In this document: positions 38,380-42,297 of the stretch, one piece after another
Layout: each line of letters opens with the position of its first letter
How positions within the stretch are numbered: the first letter of the stretch is position 1
Assembly (NCBI GenBank): GCA_903898215.1
Contig: CAIUEQ010000288.1
Coordinates: 1 to 42,297, forward strand
Length of the DNA: 42,297 nucleotides
Reading direction: 5' to 3'
From: an uncultured Bacteroidota bacterium
GTDB lineage: Bacteria > Bacteroidota > Bacteroidia > UKL13-3
Position numbers and translations under genes: made by a program
Notes under the pieces: generated by a model
Databases searched by the model: none
What the model was told of the DNA's origin: nothing
The model's input: the letters and a program-made list of their open reading frames with translations, nothing else

Positions 38380-39984
38380 ATGAATTTGAATAACAAGTGG
38401 CAACCATTTATATACGGAATATTAATTGCAGCAGGGATATTGTTGGGCGTTTGGCTAAAACCTTCAGGAAATATCCGAACCATCATCAACGGAAAAAACA
38501 AGATCAGTGAGGTCATCAATATCATCAATGAGGCTTATGTTGATACGGTGAATATTGATCAGCTGGAAGAAAAAACCATCAACGAAATGCTTACTCAACT
38601 CGATCCGCATTCGGTATATATTCCTGCAAAAGACCTGCAACAAGCCAACGAACAGTTAGAAGGAAATTTTGATGGCATTGGTGTTGAATTCAGCATTATG
38701 AACGATACCATCATGGTTGTTGCGGCAATAAATGGAGGACCATCGCAAGAATTAGGAGTGAGAGCCGGAGATAGAATTATTGCTGTTGAAGGAAAAAGTG
38801 TTGCTCATGTAAACATCACCAACAAAAAAGTTTTTAAACTCCTTCGCGGTCCAAAAGGCACTCAGGTAAAAATAGAAATTTATCGTCCTGATGCACATTC
38901 AAAAATTGCTTATACCATTAAACGTGGAACCATTCCTATTTATAGTGTAGATGTGAACATGATGCTGAATAATGAAACCGGGTACATTAAAATCAGTCGC
39001 TTTGCAGCAACCACACATAAAGAATTTATTGAAGCAATTTCAAACTTAAAAAAACAAAATCTTAAAAATTTAATCATTGATTTGAGAGGAAATCCCGGAG
39101 GATATTTAACAGCCGCTACTGAACTTGCTGATGAATTTTTAGATGACAAAAAATTGATCGTTTATACACAAGGACGAACACAACCACGACAAGATTATAA
39201 AGCCGAAAAAGACGGAAATTTTGAACAGGGAAAATTGATATTATTGATTGATGAAGGGTCGGCAAGTGCAAGTGAAATTTTAAGCGGAGCCATTCAGGAT
39301 TGGGATCGCGGTTTGGTAATAGGAAGACGATCATTCGGAAAAGGTTTGGTGCAGGAGCCATTTGAATTACATGACGGATCAGCATTGCGTTTAACTATTG
39401 CTCGTTATTATACTCCTTCAGGAAGATGCATTCAGAAAACTTATAAAAATGGTTTCGATGAATATGAACACGAATTATTAAAACGTTATGAAGATGGGGA
39501 ATTGGAAGATTCGTCAAAACTAAGATCAGGCGATACCATTAATTTTCATACCGACAAAGGTCGTGTGGTGCATGCTGGAGGAGGCATTACTCCCGATATT
39601 TTTGTTCCTCTCGACACCACCTATTCATCTTCATTCATCACACAAATTTTATCGAATAATTTATTAAATCAATTTTCATATACATATACAGATAAGCATC
39701 GTTTAGAATTAAAAAAATATGTTGATGCAAAACAATTTAATAAACAGTTCAATGACAAAATATTTGACGAGTTTGTATCTTATACTCTAACAAAAAATGT
39801 AGTAGCAGGTAAGGGTGAAATTGACCGATCGAGAGAATATATCGGCACACATTTGAAAGCCTTAGTTGCTCGTCAATTATGGAGAGACCAAGGATATTTT
39901 ACGATAATCAGCACAACTGATAAAACAATTCAAAAGGCATTATCTGTTTTAGGTAATTATGAAAAGATGTTGAGTAAGAAATAG
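38380..39984 (+). CDS. S41 family carboxyl-terminal processing protease with PDZ domain
   Basis: LDPHS, FDGIGV, DLRGNPGG, SASASEI, SFGKGLVQ, RYYTPSGRCIQ and GGGITPD motifs. Confidence 0.95.
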   Translation: MNLNNKWQPFIYGILIAAGILLGVWLKPSGNIRTIINGKNKISEVINIINEAYVDTVNIDQLEEKTINEMLTQLDPHSVYIPAKDLQQANEQLEGNFDGIGVEFSIMNDTIMVVAAINGGPSQELGVRAGDRIIAVEGKSVAHVNITNKKVFKLLRGPKGTQVKIEIYRPDAHSKIAYTIKRGTIPIYSVDVNMMLNNETGYIKISRFAATTHKEFIEAISNLKKQNLKNLIIDLRGNPGGYLTAATELADEFLDDKKLIVYTQGRTQPRQDYKAEKDGNFEQGKLILLIDEGSASASEILSGAIQDWDRGLVIGRRSFGKGLVQEPFELHDGSALRLTIARYYTPSGRCIQKTYKNGFDEYEHELLKRYEDGELEDSSKLRSGDTINFHTDKGRVVHAGGGITPDIFVPLDTTYSSSFITQILSNNLLNQFSYTYTDKHRLELKKYVDAKQFNKQFNDKIFDEFVSYTLTKNVVAGKGEIDRSREYIGTHLKALVARQLWRDQGYFTIISTTDKTIQKALSVLGNYEKMLSKK

Positions 39985-40022
39985 ACTACTTTCATAATTT
40001 AGAATTTCAGAATCATCTTTTC

Positions 40023-40146
40023 AGATTCCTCACTTTGTTCGGAATGACAAGCAATTTTATGAGAGGTGGTATTGGCGGGCGCATTGCGTCCGCCAATACC
40101 ACTAAATATTCAGAGATTTTGTCATTCCGAACAAAGTGAGGAATCT
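40023..40146. repeat. REP/MITE-like element, copy 2
   Basis: AGATTCCTCACTTTGTTCGGAATGACA / TGTCATTCCGAACAAAGTGAGGAATCT perfect 27-bp inverted repeat; hairpin at 40066-40102; lies between convergent genes. Confidence 0.9.
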
Positions 40147-40194
40147 AAACTTGAATGATGAAAAAGCTCTAATAAAAAAATTTGCTTTTGCTTT

Positions 40195-41385
40195 TCATTT
40201 CAAAAAAGGAAGGAGATGCACTTCCACATCTTCATTTTGTTTTACTAATTCAACATCCTTATCAATATAAATAAACCCATCAGCATCGGCAAAAGAACGA
40301 AGCATATTAGAATCTTGTCTTTCTAATTCTACCACACCACCATCGATAATTTGTGCGCGAATAAAAATAGATTTGCCAACTTTTTTTGTGATCTGATTGA
40401 GCGATTTTAGTTTCACTTTTGTTAAGGAAACATTTTTAAATCCTTGCATTTGTTTAATTGCCTCAAGCACATATTCGTAAAAACAAACCAATGCTGATGC
40501 TGGATTTCCCGGTAAGGCAAATATTATTTTATTGCCAAACTTTCCTGCAAATACAGGCATTCCCGGCTTTTGTAATACTTTATAAAAAATGGTTTCCACA
40601 CCACAAGCTTTCATTGCTTCAAAAGCAAAATCATATTTCCCAACTGAAATTCCTCCTGTAAGCAAAACAATATCTGAATCAGCTAAACATGAGTTTATTT
40701 TCAAAGTCAACGCTTCCAAATCATCTTCCACTTTCAAACAATTTTTTACTTCGATATTGATTTGCTTCAAAGCTGAAAGAAGAGAAAATGAATTCGATTC
40801 AAACACTTTTCCATTTGTTAGCTCTTCTCCAACAGCAATTATTTCATTACCTGTAACGATGATTGAAACATTTGGTTTACGAAATATCTTTACTTTATCA
40901 ATTCCCAATGAAGTTATAAAACCAATTGATGCAGGATTTAAAATAGTTAACTTTTTAAGAGCAATTTCGCCTTTGAGTATTTGAGTACCTTTTTTGCGAA
41001 TGCAATCTCCGTGTTTTATTTTTTCGTGTAAAAACAATAGGCCATTCTTCTCCTCTACTTTCTCCTGAACAATAATAGAATTGGCACTTTGAGGAACTGA
41101 TGCTCCGGTAAATATCCTGACTGATTGTCCGGGTTTGAGAACGATAGTTGAATCATCACCGGCTTTAATTTCTCCAACTATTTCAAATTGATTATGATTA
41201 AGATCCGTTCCTGAATTTATTGCATAACCATCCATTGAAGATTGGTCGAAAGATGGCAAATCAATTGGCGATAAAATATCTTCGGCAATCACACAATTTA
41301 ATGCATACAAAATATTTACCTCTACAATATCTGCAAGATGAATATTTTCTGATAATAAATTTTTCGCTTCTTCAACTGTAACCAT
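40195..41385 (-). CDS. moeA: Molybdopterin molybdotransferase
   Basis: PSFDQSSMDGYA, RIFTGA, VTGNEI, ESNS, TGGISVGKYD and LPGNPAS motifs. Confidence 0.95.
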   Translation of the reverse strand: MVTVEEAKNLLSENIHLADIVEVNILYALNCVIAEDILSPIDLPSFDQSSMDGYAINSGTDLNHNQFEIVGEIKAGDDSTIVLKPGQSVRIFTGASVPQSANSIIVQEKVEEKNGLLFLHEKIKHGDCIRKKGTQILKGEIALKKLTILNPASIGFITSLGIDKVKIFRKPNVSIIVTGNEIIAVGEELTNGKVFESNSFSLLSALKQINIEVKNCLKVEDDLEALTLKINSCLADSDIVLLTGGISVGKYDFAFEAMKACGVETIFYKVLQKPGMPVFAGKFGNKIIFALPGNPASALVCFYEYVLEAIKQMQGFKNVSLTKVKLKSLNQITKKVGKSIFIRAQIIDGGVVELERQDSNMLRSFADADGFIYIDKDVELVKQNEDVEVHLLPFLK

Positions 41386-42119
41386 TATGTGATAACTAAT
41401 TTAACGCATGCAAATACGAGTACAATACTTAAAATATATTTTAAAACAACAATATTAAAACGACTGCTGCCGTAATACGCTCCGGCAGTGCCACCAATTA
41501 TTCCAACCGCAGCCCAAATATAAATTTGAGACGAAATATTTTCGAGAGATGAAAATGCTCCTGCAATTCCGGAAAGAGAATTCAGGAAAATAAATACCGC
41601 TGACACCGCAGCCGTTTCTTTCATTTTTGCCCAATGCAATAACAATAAAACGGGACTCAATAAAATCCCTCCACCAATACCAATCATTCCGGATATCAAT
41701 CCAATAATTCCACCAATAAATAATGCTAAAAGAATATTTACTTCATTTATTTTTTCGCTATCAGATTTACCAAATAATCCAATCAATCTGAGTATCGCTA
41801 AAAATAAACAAGCTGCTAAAATAATTTTATACGTATGTACATCGATATGAATTTTTGCACCAATAAATGATAATGGAATAGATGTGATAATAAACGGCAA
41901 TAATAATTTCCATCTAAAATAACCTTGTCGGTAATATTGAAAAAATGCAATTGCCGAAACAAAAATATTGAGAATTAATGCGGATGGTTTCATCATCAAA
42001 GGGCTTATCCCGAAAATTACCATAAGCGCCAAATATCCACTGGCACCTCCATGTCCAACCGATGCATATAAAAATGCAACGATGGCAATAAGTAAAATAA
42101 AAATAATTTCAGATGCCAT
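41385..42119 (-). CDS. TauE/SafE (TSUP) family membrane transporter
   Basis: YASVGHGGASGY and SGMIGIGGGILLSP duplicated motifs; probable start ATG 42119; coupled to moeA. Confidence 0.92.
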   Translation of the reverse strand: MASEIIFILLIAIVAFLYASVGHGGASGYLALMVIFGISPLMMKPSALILNIFVSAIAFFQYYRQGYFRWKLLLPFIITSIPLSFIGAKIHIDVHTYKIILAACLFLAILRLIGLFGKSDSEKINEVNILLALFIGGIIGLISGMIGIGGGILLSPVLLLLHWAKMKETAAVSAVFIFLNSLSGIAGAFSSLENISSQIYIWAAVGIIGGTAGAYYGSSRFNIVVLKYILSIVLVFACVKLVIT

Positions 42120-42159
42120 TTTAAAAATTGTATTCGGTAAAAATAAGTTAAAAATATTA

Positions 42160-42297
42160 ACCACAAGGTTCGCTAAGTTTACGCAAATTACGCTAAGAAA
42201 ATAATTCAAACTTTGCGCTCATTGATTGTTTCTCTTGAGTCATTGCGGTAAAAAGTCTCAGTATATTTCTCGCTGATTTACGCTGAAAAATTCTGCG
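42160..42297. repeat. Degenerate 10-bp-period CGC(T/A)AAG repeats with inverse copies
   Basis: CCACAAGGTT CGCTAAGTTT ACGCAAATTA CGCTAAG ... CTTTGCG ... CATTGCGGT; CGCTGATTTA CGCTGAAA. Confidence 0.5.

Noticed and set aside
42120-42297. Moco riboswitch upstream of the transporter-moeA operon
   Set aside because: No recognisable conserved core; the sequence is better explained by degenerate short repeats.

Overview
AT-rich bacterial chromosomal segment that looks like Bacteroidota (T9SS C-terminal domain, TAnnTTTG-type promoters, Bacteroidota-style REP palindromes). Left to right: 3' end of aroA, two unknown exported proteins, aroC, a T9SS-secreted M43 metalloprotease, topA, a SirB1-like gene and a PhnA-domain gene. 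Next is a minus-strand carotenoid operon (CarH/LitR-type B12 photoreceptor, crtI, crtB, secreted unknown, idi, SRPBCC, crtZ, crtYcd-type cyclase, GT1 glycosyltransferase). Then fabD, an orphan multi-PAS/GAF histidine kinase, a 795-aa exported protein built of about 30 aromatic 'FP' repeats, a lipoprotein, a PTPS/QueD-family gene, hldD, a large membrane kinase coupled to a 1167-aa outer-membrane protein, a serine-hydrolase-fold lipoprotein with substituted catalytic residues, and icd. After icd lies a 2.2-kb islet bounded by an exact 37-bp direct repeat, then an S41 protease, moeA and a TauE/SafE transporter. Several palindromic or short tandem repeat families occur between genes and in-frame inside aroA and aroC. 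I saw no rRNA, tRNA, CRISPR array, integrase or transposase. All calls come from motif recognition by eye; no searches were run.
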